From Bispira polyomma (Eukaryota), in assembly GCA_965649765.1 (NCBI GenBank), contig OZ287761.1, positions 13,392,001 to 13,456,000 on the forward strand: DNA of 64,000 bases, read 5' to 3'. The position numbers and the translations under genes were made by a program. Below the pieces are notes generated by a model, which ran no database searches, was not told the origin of the DNA, and was given only the letters and a program-made list of their open reading frames with translations. Positions within the stretch are counted from its first letter, which is position 1, and each line of letters begins with the position of its first letter. This document shows, in pieces, positions 11,961-24,000 of the stretch.

Positions 11961-14737
11961 CAGAGTCCTACCGACCTTCACGTAAGCAGTCGTTACAAAA
12001 ATCAAATTGCGTAGGGTTTGCGTGGTGTTTGCGGGAGCTGACGTAATATACATAAACATACATAACCTGACATGAGAGATGATATGCAAGAAATTTATAA
12101 TTTCAAACCGTTTGAAATTTGGACACGCAAACCACGGAAGATTGATACGTGGTTTAACCTTTGCCAGAGGCGGCGTAGCATAACATGGTTTGACGTAGCC
12201 AAACGAGTGTTAACGTAATACAGCATAACAATAAATAGTAATTGATGTAGTATTACCTATATCAACGTTAAAAACGCTGCCTTACAAAAGATTATGTAGA
12301 CGAACGTACATATAACGTAACAAATTATGTGGCTTAACGTAATATTACGGCCTTCAACGTGTATTTGCATGTCTTTGCATATAGATGCGTGCCACTTAAT
12401 ACGTAATTTTATGTGAATTGTTGCATCAGCTGTGAGTCTTTGCAGGTATTGACGTACGAATACGTATATCTCTGCATAAGTTGATGCCTTTGATGTAATA
12501 ATAAAATATAAATTGGCTTCTGCGTGGACTCTTGCATCAAATATTTGTGACAACTTTGCGTGGTTAACATAGGCTAACGTAAATCCAGTGGGAAAGGGGC
12601 ATAACTCTATGTCTTTGCAAATAAGACTTGTCACTCAAAAATACTAAAATGTTCCCACATGTATCTTCTCCACAACAATTAATTGTTGTTTTCTTTTTAT
12701 GAATAGGTTAATATGTCTCAATGAATTGGTTAATCTTTTGGCACAATTTCACAACACCTATCAACAATTATATCATGTGTTTCAAAATTTACATGTACAG
12801 TAGAACCTCTATTATCCCAGCAATTGCTGGCCAGAGGAAGATTTTGTTCAGATAAGTAAAGGTTTTTTTTTATTAAATTACAGAGATATTTTGTACTAAA
12901 TCAATACTAGAAAAAAGTAAATTTTGGAGAGTTAAATTATCGGTATAAAAGGGGTGAATACACCTATCGGATTTTGCTTCCTAATCCATCATCCGACATC
13001 CGTTTCTGTCATCCGAAAAAAATTGAATTATTAAGAAATATAGATGTAGAATACACCTAGCGGACATCACCTCAGATTTAGGAGCCGATTTTTAAAAATA
13101 TACAAAGAGCATGACAAAAACGAATGTCGGATTCAGAAGCAAAATCGGACAGGTATATTTTCCCCTTTATAGAGGTTTTACTATACACACGAATGTCATG
13201 TGAAGTTGTTGATCTTGGCCAGTTCAAAAAGTTTCTTTTATGAATGCCTAATGCTTCACCTGTCTTTGTTTATTGGAGAAATATAAATCTATATATATAC
13301 AATGTAGCTAAAAACACATACTAAAATAAATAGAAATAAGGAAGTTCTGTAGATACATCATATACAAATCGAAAAGAATACATATTACAAATATAACCAT
13401 ATTTTCTGTGATAAAGACCTAGCTCTCGTTAATTATATCCCTCACCTTTTAAAGGGAGTTTTAGCTCACTAAATGCCAATACAGTGAAACCCTGTTAAGT
13501 GGAATCTGAAGGGACCATTAAATTTGTTCTACTTAACAGAACTTCTACTTAACAGGGTAAAATTTTATTAGAAAAATAACAATTTACCATTAAAATAACT
13601 TTGACTTAACAAGTAATTCCACTTATCAAAGTTCTACTTAAAATGGTTGAACTGTATTTCAGCAGCTCAAATACACTAAAATATTATGGGACATTTTTAC
13701 AATCTTCTTCATCTTCAGGCAGTGTGTTGAAACTAACAAAATACTGATTTGTATGAGATCATTGTATAGTAATGTAGGTGTCAGTATGCTTTTGAATTTT
13801 TACTTAAAAATTTTTAAGCAACTTCTTACACTAAGTTAATGTGAATGTGAAATATACATGTACTAACATGTATAACATAAAATGCTCAAACTGAATCTTT
13901 TACTACCTTCTTCACATTCATCATATAAAAAAAAACTTGACCTTTATATAAATCTGACCTTAATCAAATCTGAAACTTAACATCTTACACATGGGGACTG
14001 TAACATGCACTGACCTATAGTGGCGAATCAAGATACATTTGTATTCTGGTCAACTGTCCAAACCTATTATAATTGCAATTTTTTTTTTAACAATATCTTA
14101 CACAGCCTCAATATCTTTACACATTTATTACAGAAACTACAGTACAGTAAGGAATCTAAAATTCGCCACCCTAGAAATTGTTGTTTTTTTAGGTAGATTA
14201 GTCAGTAATATTTGGCGAAATTGCGATTTGTGTGACTATTAATTTGGCCTTTACTTACCCTAAATTGTAAGAATTTTTCGATCAGTTTTTATTGATTTGG
14301 CTGAAAGTTAAGAGGGGATGGTGAATTTCAGATACAGCGGCAAATTTTAAATTATTTATACAGAGAGAGAATAACAAAAAAGATACAAGGGGGAATTTAG
14401 ATAAGGAAGTTTAAAATCTCAGCAATCTCTTATATATACGTGTATATTCAAACAATACCTAATGGTTTGCCACAACAGGGTGAAATATAGATTCAAATGA
14501 AAATTGATCTTGAGTATTTTCATAAATGTTTATAGTTTTGATTAATTACTATAGTATCAATATTTGTGGATTATACATTGATTGTACAAATATGGGATCA
14601 TATATATTAAAGAAAAAAGAGATGGACAAACAAAAAAAATAAAACTTGATAAATCCCACCATAATTCCATCGAAAAAATGTACAATGTTATTATACTTTG
14701 TGTAAATGTTGTAAATTGTTAAAAAAAAGTAAAAGTT

Positions 14738-15020
14738 ATGGAATACAATATAAACTATAACAATGCTGGACGATCACGAACGATTTATGACCCCGCAGCG
14801 AGATATTTTCAAAGACAACCTGCCAACAGGTTTTCATCACTGTATGGGCGGGCTACTAATACCCAGAACAGAGGAGTCAACCAGCAATGGCTGCAGGCTC
14901 CATCATCAAAAATCAAAGAACCCAATACCTGGTTTAAGAATGTGGTGTTAGTGCTGCTCATCGTCGGTATAGTGTTGGCAATATGCGGGTTCGGCGGATG
15001 GTTGGCCTACTACCTTACAA
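14738..15020 (+). CDS. CILP-like exon 1: Tyr-rich cytoplasmic N-terminus and signal-anchor TM
   Basis: ATG at 14738; VVLVLLIVGIVLAICGFGGWLAYYL; donor AA|gtacag, phase 1. Confidence 0.65.
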
Positions 15021-18000
15021 GTACAGTCACTTTTTTTCATATAGCTATTAACTGGTAGAGCTGCAAGGAGTAGTCATTTTTGTACTGGAATACTCTTTTA
15101 TCATTACTCTACTCTTTAATGAGCACTTTTTTAAACGTAAAAATAGCCAGAATTTGCATTTCTGCCCCCCCCCCCCCCCCCTTTAAAAGTTAACAAAATT
15201 GACTTATTAGAGGTCAATAAGTTAACAAAATTGACTTATTAGAGGTCAATAAGTTAACAAAATTGACTTATTAGAGGTCAATTTTATGACAATATTTGCC
15301 AAAGTGCTGATATCAAACAAGAAAAGAGTACTCTATTTCCAGTTTTGTACTCTGAATAGTTCATTATTCTATTCTTTGATGAGTATTCGAGTACTCTTTA
15401 CAGCCCCAGAGGCTATCATAACAATACTAAAGGGACCTTGCTTACTGGCTCCAGTGCGATACGATCCGAATATTTATGATCTGACGAAAATTTTTGAAAC
15501 AATACAAAATATATTGTCTACACATACACCATTAGATAAGAGCCATTAAAGTACGTGGCATTCATAAATACCACTTTTGGAAATAGAAAATTTTTTATGA
15601 ATTGTATGAGCAGGGTGGGGGAAAATTGCTTTCTGTACATGTTTATCACCATGAAAACCGTAACGAACAAAATAATCAGCCAATGACATTGTTCAAATGT
15701 ATTTTATACAATCGGACGCAGTGTAAAACTTCCATCAGAGTTGGTCTGATCGTATCGTACATTATTATTCTGATCATATGGTACACTTTTATTCTGATCG
15801 TATCGTGCATTTTTATTCTAATCGTATCCCCTCGGAGCCAGTTAGCAAGGCATGTAAAGAGTTATATTGGCTGTGGTAATGGGTGTTAATGAGTGCCAAC
15901 ATATTATCTATTTCAGACATATTATATGCATTGTTTGTCAATTATTTTAGTTTTGATACACTTAAGAATCAAACGCCTTTTGTAAATTGCAATTTTAGAA
16001 TAATGATAATAGAATCTAATATTTATATAACATAATGATCAAATGCTTCTAAAACCTAATACTGCTATATGTTTACCAATACTGCATGAATATGTTTTTG
16101 ACTGATCTGTTAGTATTACACCATTGGACAATGCAGTTACATTAACAGTCTTATCTTACAGTGAACCAAACCCCTATTAAAAAGCCCACAAGAGCCTGTA
16201 GTTCTCCTGATTCCCCCCTCCCCCAGGTTCAACTGTATTTTCACATTTCGCTACTGTAACATTACTTTGATTTCTATACAATTAAATGTTTTATGCCTAA
16301 AATTGATTAGATTGTTTATCTCACTCTCTAGGAATGTGCTGTGTGTCATTTTTTGGACAATTTATTTTGCTTAGGTGATGGTAAATCTGCTAACAATACA
16401 GGAGATACAACTGTGTCTATGGTATCTACATCCACTGAAGTAATGGGCCAAGCTGAGGAGACAACTAGCACCATGCAAGATACTACTACTACTACTGTGC
16501 AAGAAGATACTACCACTGAAGATACCACTACAACTGAAAGGGAGATGGTGGACACAACCCAGGAAGTGAACGTCACGTCTTCAGTCGAGGAAACAACCAC
16601 AGGTAAATGAAAAAATAATAATTATTCATTTGATATAGGGCATTATGAATATCACTATTAGCTAATGCACTTTGACATTATTACCCCAGCCTGGGTTCTT
16701 CCACTTGTCAACAAATTGTTCAGTCTCAGCTCCCTCAGGAAGCATACTAACCATGCTGCCACATATGGCGCACACAGACTAACACCCATTAGTGGCCAGA
16801 TACCCATTTATACACCTGGCTAGAGAGGGACACCTTTGTATAAAGCACCTTGTCCAAGGGTACAATCTCCAGGCCAGCAGCGAGTAACAAACCAGGGCTC
16901 TAAGATCACTCAGATCCAAAGTCCAACACTCCAACCGCTAGGCCACAGAGACCACCACTAGAAATTTGAACTCGCATAGACTCATGTCACTCTGGAACTA
17001 CTGAAGATAACATTCCACTAGCTGGCTTTACTCACATCCTGCTTTCATGGTGTTCACACTTGTTTAAGGGATTATGAATGTCATTAGCAGGACGCCTCTG
17101 CCTAAAAAACAATATGTAAGGCCTTCATCGATTGGTTGGGTGTCAGATTAATATTCCTAGGTCTGCCAAGCAGGCCTGAGTATATGGTGGCTTTATTGAC
17201 GTTAGTGTATTTCACATTGTGCGCCTGTGTCTTTTTTAAAAGACAACTCTTGTTTGCCTCTATTTTGGGGTATTGATGGAAACCTTGGCTGCCACAAACA
17301 ATTAATCTGATTTAATTTTCATCAATTAGACTTCATACTTACAAATACCAACAGTTTTCTAGATAAAAATAAAATCAAACCATTTTCGATTTACAACCGT
17401 TATACATGACAGCAACATCATACGGTACGTATTAATCATGACAGTTCATTACACTAGAATCACAACCAACCTTGTAATACATGTATTCATGACATCACAA
17501 ACAGCGAGGTTCCACTCCAAACCCCGTGCTTGTTGTAAATCTTGACACCCCTCAGTTTGGACAGGTCAATTGCTTCTAACCAATCCATGAAGGCCATGCA
17601 TATTACATCTATTTGATGGTGATGCCGTTTTCAAAATGAAAACAACATTAGTGTCTGATAAAAATTGTAATGGTGTCTTCTTTGGCTCATGGGTACTGAT
17701 CTGCCCTGGTTGAGGTATGCTATCTACTGAGTGTTTCTGTTTAGTTTGTTTCTTTTCCCCACACCACAACCAGAGCAAATGTCAACAACTCAAGCACCTG
17801 CGATAGCACTCCAAACAGACAACAGCTTTGCTGCCACCACCTCTAGCCTTACTATAGAAATTAACGACCCATTCGGTGACCTTGATGATGATGACGATGT
17901 GCGATACTACTTGTTCGTGGCAACACTTGACAACGTGACACTACTGGATGAGAACAATACCTGGGCTAGTGTGTACGATGCAGAACCACCGTTTGCCTAC

Positions 18001-21000
18001 GTCACCATGGTCTGCCGAAGGTTTTCTGAAGACAGTGGATGTGAGACAGTCTCCAGGAGAAGGAAACGAGAAGCTGACGTAAAAGAGAGAGTCCTGATTG
18101 ACATAGGTAAATTACAATTCTTTAATAGTTATTTATTTCATTTCCACTAGCACAATTAACACATAAAAACCATAAGAAAAGTATAAATGTCCACATTTAT
18201 GGGCTTGCATTTCAATTGCTACAAATGTATTACTTATTCTTAACATCTGAGAGAAGAAAACGGATCCATTTAGAATTTTCAAAACATCTTCATCACTATA
18301 TACTGAAATACATACTTGGACCACACATAAAATTGACCACTATCTTAACACTTTCATTTTGTGATAACTGTTTCATTAACTCCACAGAATAACACCTGTT
18401 TTGCTGAAGTTACACTTATTAAGTTCAGGTATAGAGTAAGAAATCTACAATTCGCCACTGCATCTAAAATTTGCCATCTCTCCTAAAATTTAAGCCATAT
18501 CAATTAAAAACTGGGCAAAAAAATAACTGAAGTTTAGGCAAGTACAGTAAAATAGTAACAAAAATCTCAATTTCATCAAATATTATCCCACAATTCTCAC
18601 AAAAACACAACATTTTCTAGGTAGGTGGCGAATTTCAGATAACAGTGGCGAGTTTTAGATTCCTTACCCTATATTCCCTGCTGCATTTAATTGATTTTCT
18701 TTCCCAGGAACAAACTTCTGCGACCCAGAAGAGCCAAAGGTTGTGTGCAATGGTGAACTCAGACCAAGAACAGAATATTTTTTCCTCATACGGCGGAACG
18801 CAGGACAATATCACAATGACACAGCATTTTCTGAATCAATTCAAACAAGTGAGGAAATGTTACAACCCAGTAAAACATTTACAGTCAAACCCCTTGAAGT
18901 AGAACTGTTAGAACCTGCTAAGCAGAAGTTATGTTAAGATTCCATTGCTATACTTATAATTAAAATTCACCCTGTTCGGTAGAATTTCTATTAAGTAGAA
19001 TACATTTAGATTTTAGATTTAACAGGGTTACACTGTAACTGTTTTTTGATTTACTGGCATACAGACATCACTTTCAACATGGTGGCAAGTCATTTTATGT
19101 GTTCTACTTGAAGTAGACCTTCGAAAGGTAATGAGATGTAAATGTAAAAAAAAATGTGTGGGGTTTATAGTCTGATATCACCCCTATTGAGGTCTCATCC
19201 GACTTTACAATTGACACTCCCAGCCTGGGTCCTTCCACTTGTCAACCAATTTGGAAATTTTATTGGTAAATAATCTGTACCCGTTTGGCAGTCAATTTTG
19301 AAATAAAGACAAGTGGCGGAAGGCCGCTTGGTGCGGAGTCATGTGACCTGTATAATGGTGTGTGCTAAAAGGGGTCGGCTAAGGTAGTGTCGGAATTTTT
19401 TGTTTCGACCGAGCCGACTCCTGGCGGAATAAATTATAGCAATTGTTAGGAATTGATAGGCAAATTTTACGCAATAAAATGTTTCACTCTAAGCTCCATC
19501 AGGTAGCACACTAGCCATGCTGGCACATACGGTGCAAAGACTAAGACCCATTAGCTGGTCAGGTACCCATTTATACACCTGGGTGGTGGAAAGGGGACCA
19601 CTTTGTGTGAAGTACCTTGCCCAAGGGGGGTACAATCTTCAGACCAGCAGCGAGAATCGGTCATGCGACCCTCTGATCCAAAGTGGAACACTTTAACCAC
19701 TAGACCACCATACTAACCGTCGACAGCCATTTCTGTTCGCCAGTGGCGTGTTCCTTGGCCAGCAATAGACGGTATATAATCTTACTGTAAAGCTTCCACA
19801 GCACACAGAAATAAAATCTATGTGGTACAGGGCTTTTAACCTAAAGATGAATCTATTTTTTAAATTTTTTTTCAGTTGTTGCAAATACGTCATTTGTGAC
19901 GTCATGAAAGTGGGTCAAAGTTTTTTCCCACGGTATAGTAGAATTACTCTCCAGTGGTGGCGAAGGGGTTAAACAGAGTAGTAGGATTTTTTCATTATTT
20001 GTCAGCTTGCATTAATTTGTTGTGTTGGAATGTACAGAACCTCTTGGACTTTGGGACGAGTGGGCGAGCTGGTCTGACTGTGATGTGACGTGTGGTGGAG
20101 GCTTAAGGAGACGATCACGGGTGTGCGCACAACATCCACCTTGTCAGGGGGTCTCAACTGAGAGCGAGAGGTGTTCTATCAATGCCTGTGTTTTTGAACG
20201 TGAGTATTTGTATTCATATTTATACTATACTTGTAACCATTCATTTGAATAGAGATTTGAGCGCTGAATTCAAATATGCAGTCAGATTTTACATGATTTC
20301 ACTTAAGCCAGAAATATTGGGACTTTAAATTTTTGAGCTTGATTCCGAGCAATACCTGTGTTTTTGAATGTGGCTATTTGTATTCGTATATATACTCAGT
20401 GCCTTATCTGGGCTGATATTCTCAAACGTATACTCTACTTATAACTGGATTCTCTAGAACTCTGGATACAGTAAACATATCTAAAATCTGACTTGATGTT
20501 TGAATTTAGTGTTAAAAGCTCTATTAAAATGAATGGTCACAAGTATAGGTTATTTTCATGTTCAGGGATTTCCACATAGCCTATACTTGAGTGGAGTTTA
20601 AGTTTAATCTGAGTATACGTTCGAGAATGAAGTAGTTTCTAACACTAGATTTAATTTTATACCATCAGTTTGGTCTTCTAAATTGTGTTTGTTAAAAAAG
20701 AAATTCCATTTGAGTTTTACGTCGCTTTCAAGACATTGTTTTGGTCCTATCACGATGGGCAGTTCTAGTGCTGGAGGAAACCAGTGTATATTAGTTGGTC
20801 AAGATTGTACACTGTAAACCATTGACCATCGGCAATCACCTGGCAACTGTTCCACTTTAAGCCACAGACGAGATTCAGACCTGGTACCTGGTCGGGTTGG
20901 TCCCCAGATCAAAATGTGTGAAAAATATGAAATTCCTGTGACCAGTGTAATGTAGTTCATTCTTGTCCATTCTTTGGACATTTTGGAATGACTGCAAAAT

Positions 21001-24000
21001 TGCCCTGGAGGGATGCCATTCTGGATGTAGACATATCAAATAATAAATGGTATAATTTATGTTAATTAGGTAATTAATATGTTAATTAGGTTATATGTGG
21101 TAAAGGTAAGTGTTTAGGTATACAGTTAAATGTATTTTATATAAAATTTTTTAAGATAGATGTAGGAACTATTTTTACTTGTCCGAAACTACTTTCATAA
21201 TTCAAAATGGCGTCTCTCCTAGGGAATTCTACAGTTTGGCCGTTATTTCTTTCACAGCCACTGCTGGTACCTGGTTGAGCTGGTCTGCCTGGAGTGATTG
21301 CACTTACACCTGTGGTGGGGGCGAGAAACTGCGGACAAGAATGTGTGATGAAGGGCCCAAGGGTAAAGCTTGTGTAGGGGATTCCCGCCAAATAGTGGAA
21401 TGTGGGACATCTGCTTGTCCAGGTAAACATCTCCTTGTCCAGGTACACATCTGTTTGTCCAAGTAAACATCTCCTTGTCCAGATAAATATCTGCTTGTCC
21501 TGAGGTAAAACATCTCCTTTTTCATGCAAAACATTTCATTGTGTCCTTGTTCAGGTAAACATCTCCTTGTCCAGGTAAACATCTTGTCCAGGTAAAACAT
21601 CTACTTGTCCAGATGAACCTCTCCTTGTCTCCTTGTCCAGGTAATCTCCTTGACCAGGTAAACATCTCGTAATCTCCTTGTCCAGGTAAACATCTCCTTA
21701 TATCCTTGTCCAGGTAATTTCCTTGTCCAGGTGAACATCTCCTTATATCCTTGTCCAGGTAATTTCCTTGTCCAGGTAAACATCTCCTTATATCCTTGTC
21801 CAGGTAAATGTCTCCTTTTCTCTTTGTGCGGTTCCATTAAAATTTTTTTTAGTTAAATTTCGTTGGGTTGTTTCAACAGCTTTGGCAAGCTTAGTGAGAC
21901 TAATCCTTTAACATAAGATTTAAGGGTCACCTTTTTAATTTTGGAAGTCATTTGCAAAATCAAAGTGATTGTACAACAATAGCCAAGAACAAGGTGTAAA
22001 ATTGAAAATAAAATGTCGGCATAGATCCTTTATATGTGCGTAATTTGTGAAATTTCAGTTTTAATTTAAGCACATATGGGCATAAACGTAACCATTGCAG
22101 TTAAACCCATTTAACTTCAACGAAACATGCTCCGATGAGACGTTTTGCTGTGCAGCCAGTGAGTCTAAAAAGATCAGTTAAAGCCATTTAAGTAGAAATT
22201 TCTAGAGACTTTGGCACAGCCTTCATTTGATATAAGTATTAGCTGGCTAGATTGCTATTTGCCTGAACCAACAGCATGTCACAAACTCCACTTTTAGGAA
22301 GGGGTTTGGAGGCTTTTGTCTTTTTCACCGTCATATACATTTGGCTTAATTTTTTTCTTATTTAACATAAACAAACGTAACTTGTAGCGGTAAAGTTAAT
22401 TTGCTCCTGTTACTTTGGAGAATACGGGACCTCTTCTGTGTCATTTATTCCACAGACTGCAGCGTTCAATGCATCAGCGGCTTTCTCAACACCAACAAAC
22501 AAATAATTTGTTTCTTATTTAACACAAACAAACGTAATTTGTAGCGGTAAAATTAATTTGCTCCTGTTACTTTGGAGAATACGGGATCTCATGTATGTCA
22601 TTTATTCCACAGACTGCAGCGTTCAATGCATCAGCGGCTTCCTCAACACCGACTGCACTCACTGTGAATGCTACACCACTTTTACCGGCATCGTCAAGTC
22701 AACAGACAATGCGCCACTGAGCAACGTCGCCTTATCTATGAGTGATAAGCCATACCACGTACTGACAACCACGTCGATCAACGGTCAATTTACTCTGGTG
22801 AAACTTTGCCTGAATCAGGAAATTCTCTTCAGTAAGACTGGCTATTCCCCCCTGCAGCTCAACGCAGGCTCACTGCCTAATGTGGTGCAACTGGAAGGGC
22901 AAGGTAAACTGCCCCTAATCTATGTAAACAATAGAAATAACTTGGCTCTGCTGTAAAACTTATAACGAGGCGTGCTACTGCTGGGTTTTAATCGTTGGCT
23001 GTCATGGAGCATAAGATTAATAGTCCAGTACACTATCAGTTGAGCTAAAGGGGAAACCCCGGAAGCTCGAGTGTTTAAGGCGCTGATATACACGGATATT
23101 GCATGAATCTCCCCCACGAAGACCCGACCTCAGGTCTTATACTACTACCACATTAACTCTTAAAACATGAACTCATTTTAATTCTTCCAAGTTTCAGTCT
23201 TTCCATTTCTTTTGTGCTAAAATGCATCTGCCATTTTATGAGCCTTTTATTATTGAACGCTTCTGAAACAAATATTGATATCGGTATAATTTTTAACCTG
23301 TTATATATATTTTTTTATGCCATCTTTTCATTTATGGTTTTTGTTATATGCAACTACAATGACCTAATTGTAGTTTTCTTTAACATGAGTAACAAAATAC
23401 ACTTTGGTTTCTATATTTGTTTATAGCTTTTATTACCTATTGGAATATTTTAATCTGTAAGTTGAGAATTTGTGATTTAATTCAGATACAATGTTCATTT
23501 TGTAAGTTGAGACTTTGTGATTTAATTCGGGTTGAATGTTCATTTTGTAGTTCGAGACTTTGTCAATTAATTCAGGGTAAATGTTAATTTTGTTAGATGA
23601 GAATTTTTTCTTTAATTCAGATTTTTCTGTGTATTTTAGAGCCTCTAATGATGGACCTTAACCCCAGGAGTAAAAAGCGTATCATTGGTGATGATGTTCT
23701 ATTTTGCTGTGCAGCAATTGGTAATCCTCCCCCAGAATTATATGAATGGTAAGCTCTTTATGACAAAATTACAGACAACCAGCACAGTTTGTTAATGAGT
23801 ATCATGGCTCGTATTCTTGAACGTAAACTGAGCTTAAATTCATACTCAACTCAAATACAGGCCATGTGGAAATCATTGTACATGGAAATAACCTATACTT
23901 GTGACACTGGGTTTCCAAAGTATTTTGCCCCATATCTTTCCACTTACAGTAGTTCCTACAATACCAGACATAGTCAGAGTGGTAGTAATTTCCTTGTTGT

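Noticed and set aside
11965-12634. ACGT-rich region and 125-aa ORF (similar texture at 43225-43660)
   Set aside because: No recognisable protein motif or splice context; probably a non-autonomous transposon remnant whose ends I could not define.
16346-16600. Val-rich minus-strand ORF
   Set aside because: Antisense of the Thr-rich exon 2.
21407-21812. CRISPR-like appearance of short repeats (also 9690-10310 and 28915-29102)
   Set aside because: No unique spacers, no cas genes, and eukaryotic intronic context.
21137-21837. Minus-strand ORFs with repeated MFTWTRR
   Set aside because: Antisense readings of the splice-donor minisatellite.
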